A DNA stretch of 64,000 nt. It comes from Takakia lepidozioides (taxonomy: Eukaryota; Plantae; Bryophyta). A program made the translations under genes and the position numbers. Under the pieces are notes generated by a model that did no database searches, was not told the origin of the DNA, and saw only the letters and a program-made list of their open reading frames with translations. Shown piece by piece: positions 1 through 12,763 of this stretch. Where the stretch lies: NCBI GenBank assembly GCA_030704615.1, contig CM060733.1:51274001-51338000 (forward strand), written 5' to 3'. Each line of letters starts with the position of its first letter. The first letter of the stretch is position 1.

Positions 1-2911
1 CCTCGAGTTCCCTGCTGAGTGATTGTAAGCAGATGTAGGAAATGCCAGCCCATGCTCGTTCAGACGTTCTCTGTGGAGACTCTTGCAACAGCCCACTTTC
101 GAACCAACTGTCAGGACTGCAAACTGAAGCTCCTGACTGTTCCTTGTATCCATCCAGGACTGTTCCTGAGAGGTGCTTTGATCACCTGAAGGCCTATTCA
201 GCTCAGAAGGCAAGTTTTGCAGTTCCTGTCTTGGGGCAATCAAGTACTTCAACATATTGTATGTAGTTTTTGCCCTAAATTCGACACAGCTTCAAAATCT
301 GGTCTAAATGTAGCGGATGGGAAAAGGAACTAAGTCCTATTTTTTGGTGTTTCCGGAAACAAATGGGCAAGATCTGGATCCGAAAGGTCAAGGTCTAGCC
401 ACCCTCTCAACAACATCTCCTCCTGGAAATGCAAGGGAGGTGTGACTGGGGGAGCCGCCTTTAGAAGCTCCTCAAATGTTGAGCGGTCTCCATAGGCTTT
501 TACCACTGCCAAAGCTGCCCTTGCTGCGCTCTCATCCACTAAAGGGGATGGCCTCTTCAGACTCACAGACTCTGAGCTGCTTTCCCGAGATTTCATCTGG
601 GGAGAAGACTCTGAACCACTTTGTGTTGCTTGATTGTTACCCATCTGGATCTTCTTCCTTGCCCAGCCTCTGGAGTAAGTGAAGTAGGACGCGTGTGCCT
701 ATCCAATCTGGTGTGAACCAACAGTCCCTGCAAAGCCAACTGACAAAGAATATTATAGCAGGATCGATCCAAAGCTTGTCTAGAAAAAAGAAGCTGTGTG
801 AAAATTTCCAAAACACTCTCCTCCTGGGCAGAAATGTCCAGTATAAAACTGCAGCCACCAACAACCACAACTTGTGAAGACATTCTTCACGGTAACGCCC
901 AAACAGTGATGCCAAGTCTCTGTGTCTGTGTTATATGTTCTTTGAAAGTACAAAATTTCTGGAGCAGGCTACACCTCAAATGTTATACAGGCAAGCATGA
1001 GAACTGCAAAAAGCAAATTGGCCAAACATCCAACTGGCCAAGTGATGCAAATGAGAGAGAGGAAGAGAGAGCGAGAGCTGGCCAGGAGAACAAAAACTAG
1101 GGTTTACATTGTTTCTACATATCCATGTGACATGCATGCTTACTGTGTCAAATGGCACATGGATTATGAACCCTTTATAGTTTACGAACCCTAGATGAGC
1201 GACAACAGCACCCTGGTTCCAGCTCTTTAACAAAAGCAACCCTACAATCTCAAGAACTCCGCATGGTCGGTCTATGGATTGCTAATCCACGCCAGTTCCA
1301 TGCTGCAATTAAATCGAGCCATTGAGACAAGCTTGTTCCCTTTCGAGAAAAGGGATGTCCACCTTCAGCTCAAAAGCTTGATGTCATGGGAGTGTAATTA
1401 GGTTCTAATACCATCACTGTCCAATTGAGTCCTTCACCGATTCAACACACAAATCAGCGGGCAAGAGAAGGAGAAGTAAAAATACCCGAAACAACTTAAT
1501 ACTTCATCATCCTACAGCCACACCGCTTTGTCTAATAATACATTCAGTGCCACAAATGTGAGTGCAAGAGATAGAGAAGCACAATGTCCAGAACAACTTC
1601 ACAATCTACCGTCACACCTCCGGTCATTCATCGAAACAGAAGGGAAACAGAAGTACAATTCCACAAAAAAAAACTTCAGCCTCCATCAACCTCCCGGGGC
1701 TTACACAACATTAGACAAACACCATCAAGAGGAAAACACAGACCTGCACTTGTTGAGATCCGATCGTGTTTAATCATCGAATCAACAATTTCCAGCTTTT
1801 GTCAACTGAATGTTCGGAACGTCGCCCGTTTGCAAGCAGCTAAACTTTCGTCTCTCTCTCTCTTTCCAGACAAACAGCCCGCCGCTCGGGGCCCATTCTC
1901 GTACACAATACACTGGAATTTTTATTATTTTTCCATGAAAATCGACAAAAAAGAACAGTAACTGTTCAGGGACCGTCCCTACCAGGGTTCGAACCCGGGG
2001 GCACGTCCTACCATATCCATCACCGGCGTTTTCCGGTAGCAAGCGGAAGTAGGCCCGCGACGGGCCGGCGACAGGCTACTCCCGGTGGCTGTAGGCAGGA
2101 AGAAGTTATGCGCCACCTGCACATCAGGTCACCCCAGTAGTCGCCGTTTCAAATAACTTAAAAAAGTAAGCAAAATTCTGATATCCATTTCTGGAAAATA
2201 AAATATTGTCAAATAATAATGTTTCAAACAGGGGCAGTTAGGTTAGAGTGAAGGTAACCAGATATGGTTAGCCAGACGTCAAGAGCATATTCCTAATCAG
2301 CGCAATTTATATTCTGTTCCCATTATCCAGGGCGCACGTAGACCGTCAGATGTGGATTTAACGGTCACGATATGGGGGGGCAAAGCAGCCAAATAAAGGG
2401 GTAAAGAAGGGGTCGGGGTGACCGATGTGCGCCACGTCAGCCGGAGTCACATGAACACCCGCTAAAAATCTCAGGGCCACCGAGTATCACCGGTGGTTGC
2501 AGGGGGCGACCGGGTGTGGCCAGCGCTGCAGTTCGTCCGCCGGAAGAAGCCGGTCAACTCGCCGCAGCAACTTCCTCGCTCTCATTCTCCCTCGCGCGCT
2601 CTCGCGTCGCCATCGCTTCTCGTCTCGGAGCTCTCGGATCTGCGCTTGTGGAGGTCTACCGCTTCAGTTCTTACGCTGCTCTGCTCCTTCTTTTGCTGCT
2701 TCTCGTCCTTTTTTTTCCCGGTTTTTTGTTGGCTTGGAAGAAGGCGGAGGAGCCGTTTGTCGGAGTACCTAGATCTCAGTAGGTCGGGTCTTTTACATAT
2801 CTCGTTTGCGCCGTCTGCGTGTTTTTTCGGTGCTGGTTTAAGAGTGCGCTGGAGCGGTTTGTGCACGAAGATCAAGGTAGGTCTGTGTGACGGGAGAGAA
2901 GACAGAGGAGA

Positions 2912-5900
2912 ATGAGTTACGCAGGCGAAGACGATGGCGCAGGCAGGCCTAAGCTTAGTCTGCAGCCTCGTGGATCTACTGCTGATGCGACGTCAGCCCC
3001 AGCAAAGTCCAGTAAGGTGCGCTTGTACTCTACCTTGGAGAGGGGGAACTCTGATATAGCTTGGAATGTTGAAAAGTATGTCTTGTTGGCTTCGTGGTTT
3101 TGAGTGGGATCCGCGTCTTTCCGGTGGTTTGGTAATATTTTGGAGCTATGGTTGGCGCTGGACGTCTGAGAATTCTCCAATGCATTGGGAACATGAAGTT
3201 CCTCTCAAGTGTAGGATCTTAGAGATCATGGTCTGCGTAGGGTCTGTTAACATACTTTGGGGGACCTATTTGACCTGAGGTCCAGAGTTGTGCTGTTGGA
3301 GTCGAATAGTTTTTGAACCACCTATAGTTATTGTCAAACCAGATGTCGCCGCATCATGTTCTAATAGTTCTTCTCTTGTCAGCCAGTCAAAGACGTCTTT
3401 GCACCGGGCTGTTGGGCTTGTACCCTTGTCACCATATAGATAAGGCAGCAGTACAATTTATATCATAGTCCATACAGTTTCTACAAGACAACTTGTTTGA
3501 AAAAGGAAGGTTTTGGATGTGAGCATCTATCCTACAGCCAGGTGCATGTTTTTCTTGGTTGTCTGTTCTTGTTCTTTGACATGTATTTTTATCTTCCTGC
3601 ATCTCCCAAATACTTTTTCCATATTGTCACACAATTGAGATTCTGAAATAGGCTGACACTTCCAAGTATAGCTGGCAGCAAAATGCCAGCAGTTGTGGAG
3701 TGATTGTGGAAGTAATGGTTTATGGTGTTGGATTGCAGCCAAACCCATTTGGTCTTGCAAGACCCCGGGAGCAAGTGATTGCAGAGAGAGAAGGAAAGAA
3801 GGAGACTGAGGTCCTAAAGGAGCAAGCCCAGAAGGAATGGAAGCCCAACGTAAGGCCGCCATCTTCATGGCCCTGGTTTTTTCTCGACTCTGCAAACTTT
3901 GTATTTCTATTTTGAGGTAGCTGCTGCTCTCTGGTAGATTTGGGATGCTAAACTGGCCATCCTGAAATACAGGGGACGCACTAAGTTTTCAAGGGGGAAA
4001 GTGTTGGTTCTTCATTAATTCTGTGATGTTGATTTTCTCAACAGTGTCTAACAATCACTACATTCACAGATGAAGGCAAACCAGCAGATGGAATCAGAAA
4101 CAGATTAGCTAGAGGATTATTGTCCTTAGAATTAACCTGCTTTATGTGAATGGGAGGTTGGAGATAAATTCAGGGGTCAACTAATCATGCAATAGAAAAG
4201 AATTTTCAGGCTCCCCGTGTTATCCCTCCTAGCAACTGGAATTGTAGGAGTCTGTGTTAGATGATTCAAGTTTGCTGTTCTAGTAAATGCGACTTGCTCA
4301 CTTACTGTACTGCAAAACACTCGGGCGTGAAGGAGAGAATCTGGCTGGTGGTGAACTACAGGTGCTCCTATGTGAGCAGCTCAAAGTCGTGGTATGTTGT
4401 AGACAGGCTGAATATATTGTCTTTTCATGGGGGGCATCATTGTATTTACTGAGTAAGTATCCACTACCAAGAAGCATCTTAAGAAAATGCGTGCTTGACT
4501 TGAAACTGCAGATTGTGTTGACTGAACAACAACGTGAAGAGAAAAAAGCAGCAGAAGGAGAGTTAGCATTTGCCAAGAGTGAGCTGGATAAGGAGGTGGA
4601 CCCTGTGAAGTCTAAAGCACTGAAAGATGAGATGCTGTCTATGGAGAAGAAACTGGATGAGCTCCTGCTATCTTTTGAGGTGCATTTCTCTCACATAGGG
4701 GATGTATTCTATTGGTGTAACAGCATAGTTACTTTTCTATGGTCTCCCACCAATGATTGGAATTGAGAGTTGTCCTTGAGCTGACAGGGACATGTTCTAA
4801 TTAAGAACCCTTCCTAGAACTCTTGAACAATGATCAATTTCTGAATGTATGCTGCAATTGAACGTTCGTGCACGTTTTGGTGCACTCTTTGTGCACACTA
4901 TTCTATCTTTGCTCATCGGGACATTTTAGCTTCCACTGCTCACAGGATTAGAGTACTCAATATTTGAGTGGGTTCTTCACTGTCTACTTATTTATTTGCA
5001 AACAGTGCCAAATGATGATGAGATAGTTTTGCCAGACTCTTCAGGTTTTGTTGTGGACTACAATGTTAAGGTGGGAGGTCAGGGATTTATGGTTTTGTTG
5101 TCTTATTTGTTATGTTGATGTCAATGAGAAGGAGAAGACCAATCCTAAGGGACAATTTTTTTTACTCTTCAACCTGGAGACCATCTGTTGGCACTGACTG
5201 GGCTTCCAGTTCATCGGGGTCCAGGCTCCGAGTGCGCAATGTTCCTTGCATCTTTTAGAGTTCATATGGACAGAAATTGTTGTTCCACTAATTGGAGAGT
5301 CTGAGTGTTCTGCAGAAAATGGCTGTCCAAACAGCACAGTCGGGTGGGGCAAGGCGCCCCCGTCGGGAGGAAGAACGTGCACCTGCTGCGGCAGCCGCCC
5401 CTCTCTATGGTGGTGGCGGTGGTGAGGCAGAAGGGTACGGAAACTTCAGTAGGGGCCGCGAACGTGACGGTGGCAGGGGCAGCTCATATGGTGATACTTG
5501 GGGAGGAGCTAAGAGCAAGGCCGGTGGGGAAGGATGCTACAACTGTGGAGAGGTTTGTGCTGCCTCACTTCAAGCTTGGGGCTGTCTGGCTTGGTGTGGT
5601 GATTTTGTACAAATGTGGTTTCAGTCTTTTCAGTTTTACTAGAACTTGGTACTGCTTAGATTAGGAGGAGGCATTTACAGCTCTCAGTCCTCTGATACTG
5701 AGAGTCACAAGGAAGGGTTGTTGGTGTTTTAGCAATTAAGTGCTACTCTGTGGCTGCTTTAGATCTTCAGAATTTTTGGGTGCGTTGTGAGTGAGGTCAG
5801 ATGCAATGGTAGCTATTAGCAGCTCACCATGATGAACTTAAAAGACGTAAGCTTTGCAATATGGTAATGTCAATCTCTTGGATTGATATGAAGACTATCT

Positions 5901-6359
5901 GCACCAGCATAATTACCCCAGCCACTTGGCAAATCTGATAGTGGAGGTTTCTGGTACTATGCAGATGGGGCACTACTCTCGTGAATGCCCAAGTGCTGCA
6001 GCTGGTGGCGGGCGGGGGGGGGTGGCTATGGTGGCAACTTTGGCGGAGGTGGAGGAGCTGGCAGAGCTGGAGGTGGTCGCCCATGCTACACCTGTGGGCA
6101 GGAGGGTCACTTCTCACGCGAGTGTCCCCAGGCTTCAGGGGGTTATGGATCTCGAGGCGGGGGAGGTGCTGCCTATGGAGGGAGTTATGGAGGAGCATCA
6201 TATGGTGGTGGTGGCGGTGGTGGTGGCGGTGGCTACACAGGAAACAGCTATGATGAGAGCTCTCAGTATGGTGGCAGTCAAGCTGGTTATGGTGGTGCAG
6301 GGTATGATGATCGTGGCTACTCCACCGGTGCTCGTGGAGGGAATTATGCTCGGCAGTAA
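2912..6359 (+). CDS. Plant eIF4B-repeat protein with coiled coil, two CCHC zinc knuckles and Gly/Tyr-rich tail (5 exons; apparent frameshift in G-run 6014-6022)
   Basis: Phase-0 GT-AG exons 2912-3016, 3739-3849, 4512-4679, 5316-5552, 5965-6359. They give RPKLSLQPR...[19 protein letters not shown] (plant eIF4B repeat motif), CYNCGE|MGHYSREC and [14 protein letters not shown] (CCHC knuckles), then an RGG/GYGG tail. Confidence 0.8.
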
Positions 6360-7462
6360 GAGTAGTAGCCTAACTGGGAGGTTGTGTAGGACAACAGGAG
6401 GGCAGTTCCAGCTACTTTTTTTTTTTGACACATCAGCACTTAATATGGATGTACAGTCAGTCGCTGTGAATGCACCGTTCTGTTTCACACATAGGAAGAG
6501 GTGGTTTAGCAGGGTTGCTGGAGGAAGAGAGTTTTGTCAAGGGGGTTAAAGTGCCCCCACAGTGCATTATTTGTTGTTTTTTTTTTCTCCCTTGTTTCCT
6601 TCACCTTATTCCGTAGGAGGGACGTCAGCTGAGGCCTCGTTTCATCTGCCATGTTTCAATTTTTGGTCCCGCTTTCTCCCTCTCCCTGCTCTCTGTTCTG
6701 TTGTTTGTAAGAGCTATTCCCGTGTCCCAGTAGGTTCCCTTTGAAATTAAGTCGTTTGCTGCAGGATGGAGTAGGAGATGCAGATGGACCCGGATATTCT
6801 TTTCATAAGACATGATTAGTGGCAAAATGTGCTGGTTGTCAAATGCTCCGTGCCATCTGTACCTGCCATGACCCATCTTCTTTTTGCTGCCATGTTTCTG
6901 TGTCCTTCCTTCCTGTTGTTTTGCTGAATGCAGGCATCCTCCACTAGAAGGGAGGCAGCTCAAGTTGCATAGATGTTTGGAAGTCCGGTACTTGCAGTCA
7001 CTATCTTCATGAAGCAGTTGAATGGAGGACATTTTGCTGAATGTTCTGAGCTCTGGGTGGCACATCTTCTTGGGGTGAAGTGCAAGACAAGTCTATTTTC
7101 TCTTGCCAAGCAGCACAGCAGCCATGGATGCAATGTTCTCTCTTGACAAGTGGTGTGATTCTGTAGTCTACCCTGAAATATTGAATGCCATCCTTTCAGA
7201 AAACTGAATTACCCTTCTTTGCCCTCATCAAATAATGGGTCTCACTTTGAAGCCCAGAGTGAGACTTAAGATTTCCAGTGATTGTCACTACCAAAGAATC
7301 TTTCTGGGACCAATGCTGTGATACAGGCTACTTTGTTTTGACAGAGATTGACTTTTTTTAGTCTCTACAGCACGTGGTCCTAAAGGAGATAAGCTTTGGA
7401 ACTAGTGTGAAAATGTTTGAGAATGGTGTGATAAAGGTGCAGGAGGTATATAGTGCTTTGTC

Positions 7463-10400
7463 TTATTCAGGTTTGCGAGCTGAGAGTATAATAAAACTTC
7501 CACGACGGATGGAACTGTAATCCACAAGTCCACATATTTGGCAAAGCTCCTCCAGCTCTGCTTCATCCCAATATCTCAATGAGCTGCTTGATGCTGCTCG
7601 CTTGATTACCTGCCATGCAAAGGCGTCCAGCAGTGCAAAAATTACAAAACAAAAAACATATTCCTTCTGAGAATTGCAACAGGAGAGAGAGAGAGAGAGA
7701 GAGAGAAATGAAATGAAATGGTGTGTTAAAACGTCCGCGGAAAGCTCATAGAGCTTATGGGACAAAATGGAAAGAAAAACATGAGAGAAAACAGGAAGCC
7801 AGAGAGATGAGAACTATTGTTCTAGTGATTGTCTAAGGGTGAATGCCTCGTGCAGGTAAGCTGCCAAACATTTCTGATCTTCATAGTGAAAGACCTCAGT
7901 GAGAGATTGGGTCAGAGAGAGAAAGAGAGAAAGAGACTACCGGAACTCTCAGGAAAATGTCATAACCCCACAGTAAACCATCGGACCTGATGTCACCATG
8001 TGCGGTGAGAAACAACCTCTAATGGGTGTCAGTCTGCATACTTTACTTCACACAGAAGCAACTAATCCAATTCTGACACTGGGAGCACAAGATGGGAACA
8101 GAACAGACCTAATCCTTGACACAGGGATGACAAGGAAATAATCTGCCACTCGCCTCATGTGGAAACTGGATGGAGGAAAGGTTCCTATTAAGGATTAGTC
8201 TTCAATGGATGAAACTTGAAAGGGCAAAACAACCAAACTGTGGTTGCAGGGTGTTGAGCCCGATGATGTTTAGAAGATCAACCGGTGGATGAAGAGGCTG
8301 TCCAATCTGGTTGGTCTAAACGTAGCCAGCACCAGCAGCTGGTGAGGTGGAGGTGAGTGGCAGCACAAGTTTTGATACTTGTTACTGTGGACATCCCTCG
8401 CAGGGAAGTCCACTCCACAAAGTAACCATTGTGACTGGCCCACTGTTTCACATCTCGCGCAAACAGGGTTACCCACACATGGTGCCACAGTATACCTTAT
8501 CATCATCTGAAGACCCAAGCACATGTGCATGTGAACCCATCCACGCCAGAGAACCTACAAGCTAAAACCATTAGGTACTCAAATTCAAGAGCATCCAGGG
8601 GCAACGTCACCCACAGCTCTCTGGTTTGTTTCTGTGGGACTTAAATACCACTAGGAATCCCATAAGGAATTTGCAGCATCTCCTGAAGAGCAATAGCTTA
8701 CCTGAGACTATTGCCGGTATAAGGCTAGTCTTCAGTGGTGTAAGAGCATCCCAAATTAGGAAGAGATGACTGCATTGAGACCTTGGAACCTAACAACTGT
8801 TGCAAGGAAAGGGCTCAGCCTTCACTATTACTCAATGAGCTAGTGAATGTGGCTCCCAATTCAAACACCAAAAAAGGGGGTGGCAGAGAAAGAGCATTTT
8901 TTCCCAAAAATAACCCGGTCACACACCTGGCGGAGAGGCAGGATGGCGTCTAGTACAGTAGATGGTGTTATAAAAGTGGTAGCCACAAACACGCCACCAG
9001 GTTTCAAAATCCGACTGATCTCTGACACCTGCAAAGGACTCCTGCTTTGTCAGAGCTCAGCATACTTCACCAACTTTGGCCATGTCTAGTGACCAGAAAA
9101 AAAGTTGCTTAAAAAGATCAAGCACAGTACAGTTGATAAGGGCAATTTTTGTACCCCAGCTGCGGGAGAGGGCCAGCAATGCAAAGCAGCCCCAGCATGC
9201 ACTGCATCGATCGTTCCTGTGGAAAATGGCAACCTAGCCACATCTGCTCTGACCAGTGCTATATTTCTGCCAAGCAAAACAACTCACCATCAGCATCATC
9301 ACACTGCTCAGATTTGTACTCCCTCCTAATTGCTCATTTGTACATCTCCGTGGCCCCTCTCTCTTTCTTGTCTCTTTCTTCCTCTTGTCCCATCAGCTCT
9401 ATTTAGCTTTCCACGGACATTATAAAGCACCAGTTCATTGCTGTCTGTGACTCAATATATTTGCTTCCCCCCACTTTCTTCTCTATTTTTCCTGCTTCAC
9501 TCAAACTGTGCCCAGGATGTGCAGGGCCAATGTGCTACATAGCAACGGTCCATTAATTACTTTGCTCGTTCTGCCTCTGTGTGCAACTCTGTGTGCTATA
9601 AAAAATGGAGAGACATACGCAGTGGAAAGGGAGCGATCTTGCTTGATGAACTCAAAAGACTGGCGGAGCATGTTCTCCGAAAAGTCAAGGGCAATAACAG
9701 CCTTGTAGTTTCCACTCTGAGCAAAGCGGCGGGTGAACAGGCCACTGCCACAGCTTACATCCAACAGGACCCCTCCTACTGTTGGCTTAAGGAAATCTTG
9801 TGCCATCTTCAACTGCACACAGCCACCCTTGCTTACGTATTAGACGATAGTCCACCTCACAAGGAACTGCAACATCTTGCCTGCCCATACATCTCAAATG
9901 ATGCAGCCAGCTGATTGTGATTGACTTATACGCAACGAAACTAGCAAAAGGATGAAGATACTCCCCGAATGGAGTGAGGGGCAGGAATTGTGGGCACCTC
10001 CTCATCCGGACCTGGGAAGCCACGGCTACTAAACCCTTGACGCCATCCTCGCTCATACACAAAGGAAACCCATGGACTCCTGCAACAGAAAAAGTTTACG
10101 GCATCAAGCTCACAACTCAGAACTCTGAAACTGCAGACCTTGCCAAAGCCGCAAAGGGACCTCTTCCAGGATGCAATGGAAATGAAAATGGGGCACTGAT
10201 AAACCTCTCTGAAAATATAACAACAAGCAGAGAAGGTGTGTCCTTCATGCCTCTGCTGCTTCCCAATCTCTGTACCATACACTCTGTTCATTCTCCCAGG
10301 AGCTCTCTGTTGGACGTACATGATTATGTTGGACAGGTACCAAGTGATTCTAAAACAAAATTCAAAGTAGAATGAAATTTGCCAACCTACATACCTCATA

Positions 10401-12033
10401 TGTACAGCAATTACCAATAATCAAACATCACAATATGTTTCATATGAGGAATCATCTCTGGCTTCTTTAGTCCATTCCACATTCCTAGGGCAACCTTGCA
10501 AATTACCAATCTCATTTCACCTCTTCTCTTCAGATCAAACGACCCCATGTAGAAGAATTATTCAGCATTTTACTTGTGACTTGAAGTGCGCGCAAAGGAA
10601 CTGCAACAAATTAGAAAATACCTGAATATTTCAGTGCCTGGTGTCAAAGTCTCCTGGTAGTCCCGCGATCCCGCCAAAATCGTGAGGTCAAGATAGACAT
10701 CCCTGGTTGAATACCCTTTCTTGCACCTTTTACACTGGAAACCTGACCTTGCTACTGCTGCTCTGCACACACCATATTAGCGCCAACCTCAATAATGACA
10801 AACTCAGGTCAAAATCCAATAAAAGCCATTGACACATTCACTTGAAATTAAACACCAACTGAAATTGTGCTGCTTTAGGACATGCATTCCCAAAAGCAGA
10901 CATTGAGAAGGTAAGCACACTCACTGGCTGAGGCCTGGAGGCCCTTTCCTTACAAGAGGCTCAAAGCATATTGGGCAACACAACAACTCAAGTGTCGTCT
11001 TTTCCTCTTTCTCAATGCTTGGCTCCTGCAATAATGTAAATTTAGTCAGGGCACTCCCAGACCCAGGAGATGATGAAGTGGTGATCATGCTGAAAGTGAA
11101 ACTAAAAGGCAAGATGATGACAAGTTGTCTGTAGCTTAGATTACTTCTGCAGCATGAAATGCCTCTTGAGTCCGAAAACAGCAGTAGATATTGCTATGGA
11201 AATATGTCAACAGGGAAAACCAGTGGAGGGAACTTTTATCATGAAACTTTCTTTTATTTCAGGGAAATTACGTGATCCAATTGAAGAAACTTTTATCATG
11301 AAACTTTCTTTTATTTCAGGGAAATTACGTGATCCAATTGAAGAAACTTTTTCCTCATTGACTATATGTTTTGCTAGCCTTCTACTTTAGTGTTATATGG
11401 GAATGTTACATCTCCCTCTGTGTTCTTTGCAGTTATGACGTTTATCGGCACATGAGATATCGGAAAATTCACAGTAGTGATTTTCCTCTATTTCGATACT
11501 AGGTCCGCACTGAGGGAAAAACTACTGGCCCATTCGCTACCAGAACTTTCTCATTTTGGCCAGTCTTAATCCGATTGTTTGTGATTCTTGCGGTGTGCCT
11601 TTCCTGCAAAACTCTCATAGGGAAGTGCCAGAGTATGCGTCCGTCAAATTCACTGGTGTCATCGCATTCTTCACGTGTATAATGTTCAGACTGGACTTCA
11701 TGGAACCAGATATTATAATCGTGCAGACGATTCATCTCTTCAAGAAATTGACAATTGAGAGCGCCTTCCAGCAAAAGCCGTAAGAACACACAATAAACGG
11801 CTTCAAATCCAGTGATCAAACAAAGAATCACAGATACCTACAGAATTGACGACCGACAATGTAGCGAAAGTCCTCACAGCTCGCCTTCCCGAATCGCAGC
11901 TCAATCTTGCAGCTGCGTTGCTGCTAAATTGAAATTGCAAGTGCACGACAGAAGAGAGCGAAAATTCCCTTGAAGAAACGCAAGAGCGCCGCACCAGGGG
12001 CGAGGATGAAATCAGCTGAGCGTGTGTTGCCAT
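7463..12033 (-). CDS. Chloroplast/plastoglobule class I SAM-dependent methyltransferase (Methyltransf_11, At2g41040-like), about 8 exons
   Basis: Transit-peptide-like exon 1 from ATG 12033, then LCCPICFEPL, FQCKRCKKGYS, SFVYERGWRQGF..GFPGPDEE, VLLDVSCGSGLFTRRF (SAM motif I), LDFSENML, RADVARLPF, HAGAALHCWPSP, EISRILKPGGVFVATTF; stop at 7463. Confidence 0.9.
7698..7924 (-). mobile_element. 5'-truncated LINE copy (about 210 bp, 3' end) in last intron of methyltransferase
   Basis: Clearly alignable with 13960-14162 (end of ORF2 plus 3'UTR). (CATTT)n tail; AGAGAGAGAAA on both sides (7698-7708, 7914-7924). Confidence 0.85.
11231..11350. repeat. Perfect 57-bp tandem duplication in methyltransferase intron 1
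   Basis: aacttttatcatgaaactttcttttatttcagggaaattacgtgatccaattgaaga occurs twice head-to-tail. Confidence 0.9.
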
Positions 12034-12140
12034 CCCCACCACCGTCGTAGCAATAGGCAGAAAGAGTGTGAAAGTCCTCCAGAAATCTCAGCCTTTGCAG
12101 TTGTGGCGTCCGCTGTTCTCACTGCAAGCAAACGTCCAAC

Positions 12141-12203
12141 TCTCATAGGCTCTTTGAGCTTTGAGCCGACGCTATTAACTACCATTTCATTTCATTTCAT
12201 TCC
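12141..12203 (+). mobile_element. Diverged 3'-end fragment of the (CATTT)n-tailed LINE family
   Basis: cataggctc-ttt-gagctt hairpin followed by ...gacgctattaactaccatttcatttcatttc; same layout as the 3' end of the 13952-15000 element. Confidence 0.6.
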
Positions 12204-12453
12204 TCAATGACGGCGTCGTAGAGAATGTAACGGCGTCCAACTTGACTAGATCGAGGAAGAAGTGAAGTGTGGACAAGACGACGACGGCGTCGATCGAGCG
12301 CAAATGGCTTGCTGCCATGCAAACACAGACAAAACTGCCGACGCCCTCACACCCTCACCCTCACCGACATCGATGAGCGTTTCTAGGACAGGCCACGTTA
12401 CATTTGAGAAACTCACCACGTCTCAAGGAATGCACTCTTTTCTTTCTTCCACG

Positions 12454-12499
12454 GAGCTTTCCGCGGACGTTATAAAGTACTAGTTCATTTCACTTCTTT
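12454..12499 (+). mobile_element. LINE 3'-end fragment
   Basis: gagctttccgcggacgttataaag is the exact reverse complement of 12881-12904; followed by a degenerate ttcatttc tail. Confidence 0.75.
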
Positions 12500-12763
12500 C
12501 ACCGACTGTTGGTATGTTTCATACCGTTCAAATGTATGTAATCAACGCTTGAATTTGGTGAGGGGCCCTTGAGTGCAGGAGCGGTTGCACATGACGATCC
12601 CAAAGCACGTGATGGAGGAAGCTCCAGATCGGTCTTCATGGCACAGAGTCTCCTAGTTGTTGAGAAATGTACATAAATCCTCTTTGTCCAATTGGAGTCC
12701 GAGGGACTTCTTTCTAAAGAGGAATTCTCCAAGAAGGTTCTTGCATTGCGGCAGTCTTGAAAC

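Noticed and set aside
1965-2030. tRNA gene suggested by GGTTCGAACCC B-box
   Set aside because: No convincing A-box, D-arm or acceptor stem on either strand; at most a SINE remnant.
2493-2915. Overlapping ORFs upstream of the eIF4B-like gene
   Set aside because: GC/CT-rich 5'UTR-type sequence with low-complexity translations and no family motif.
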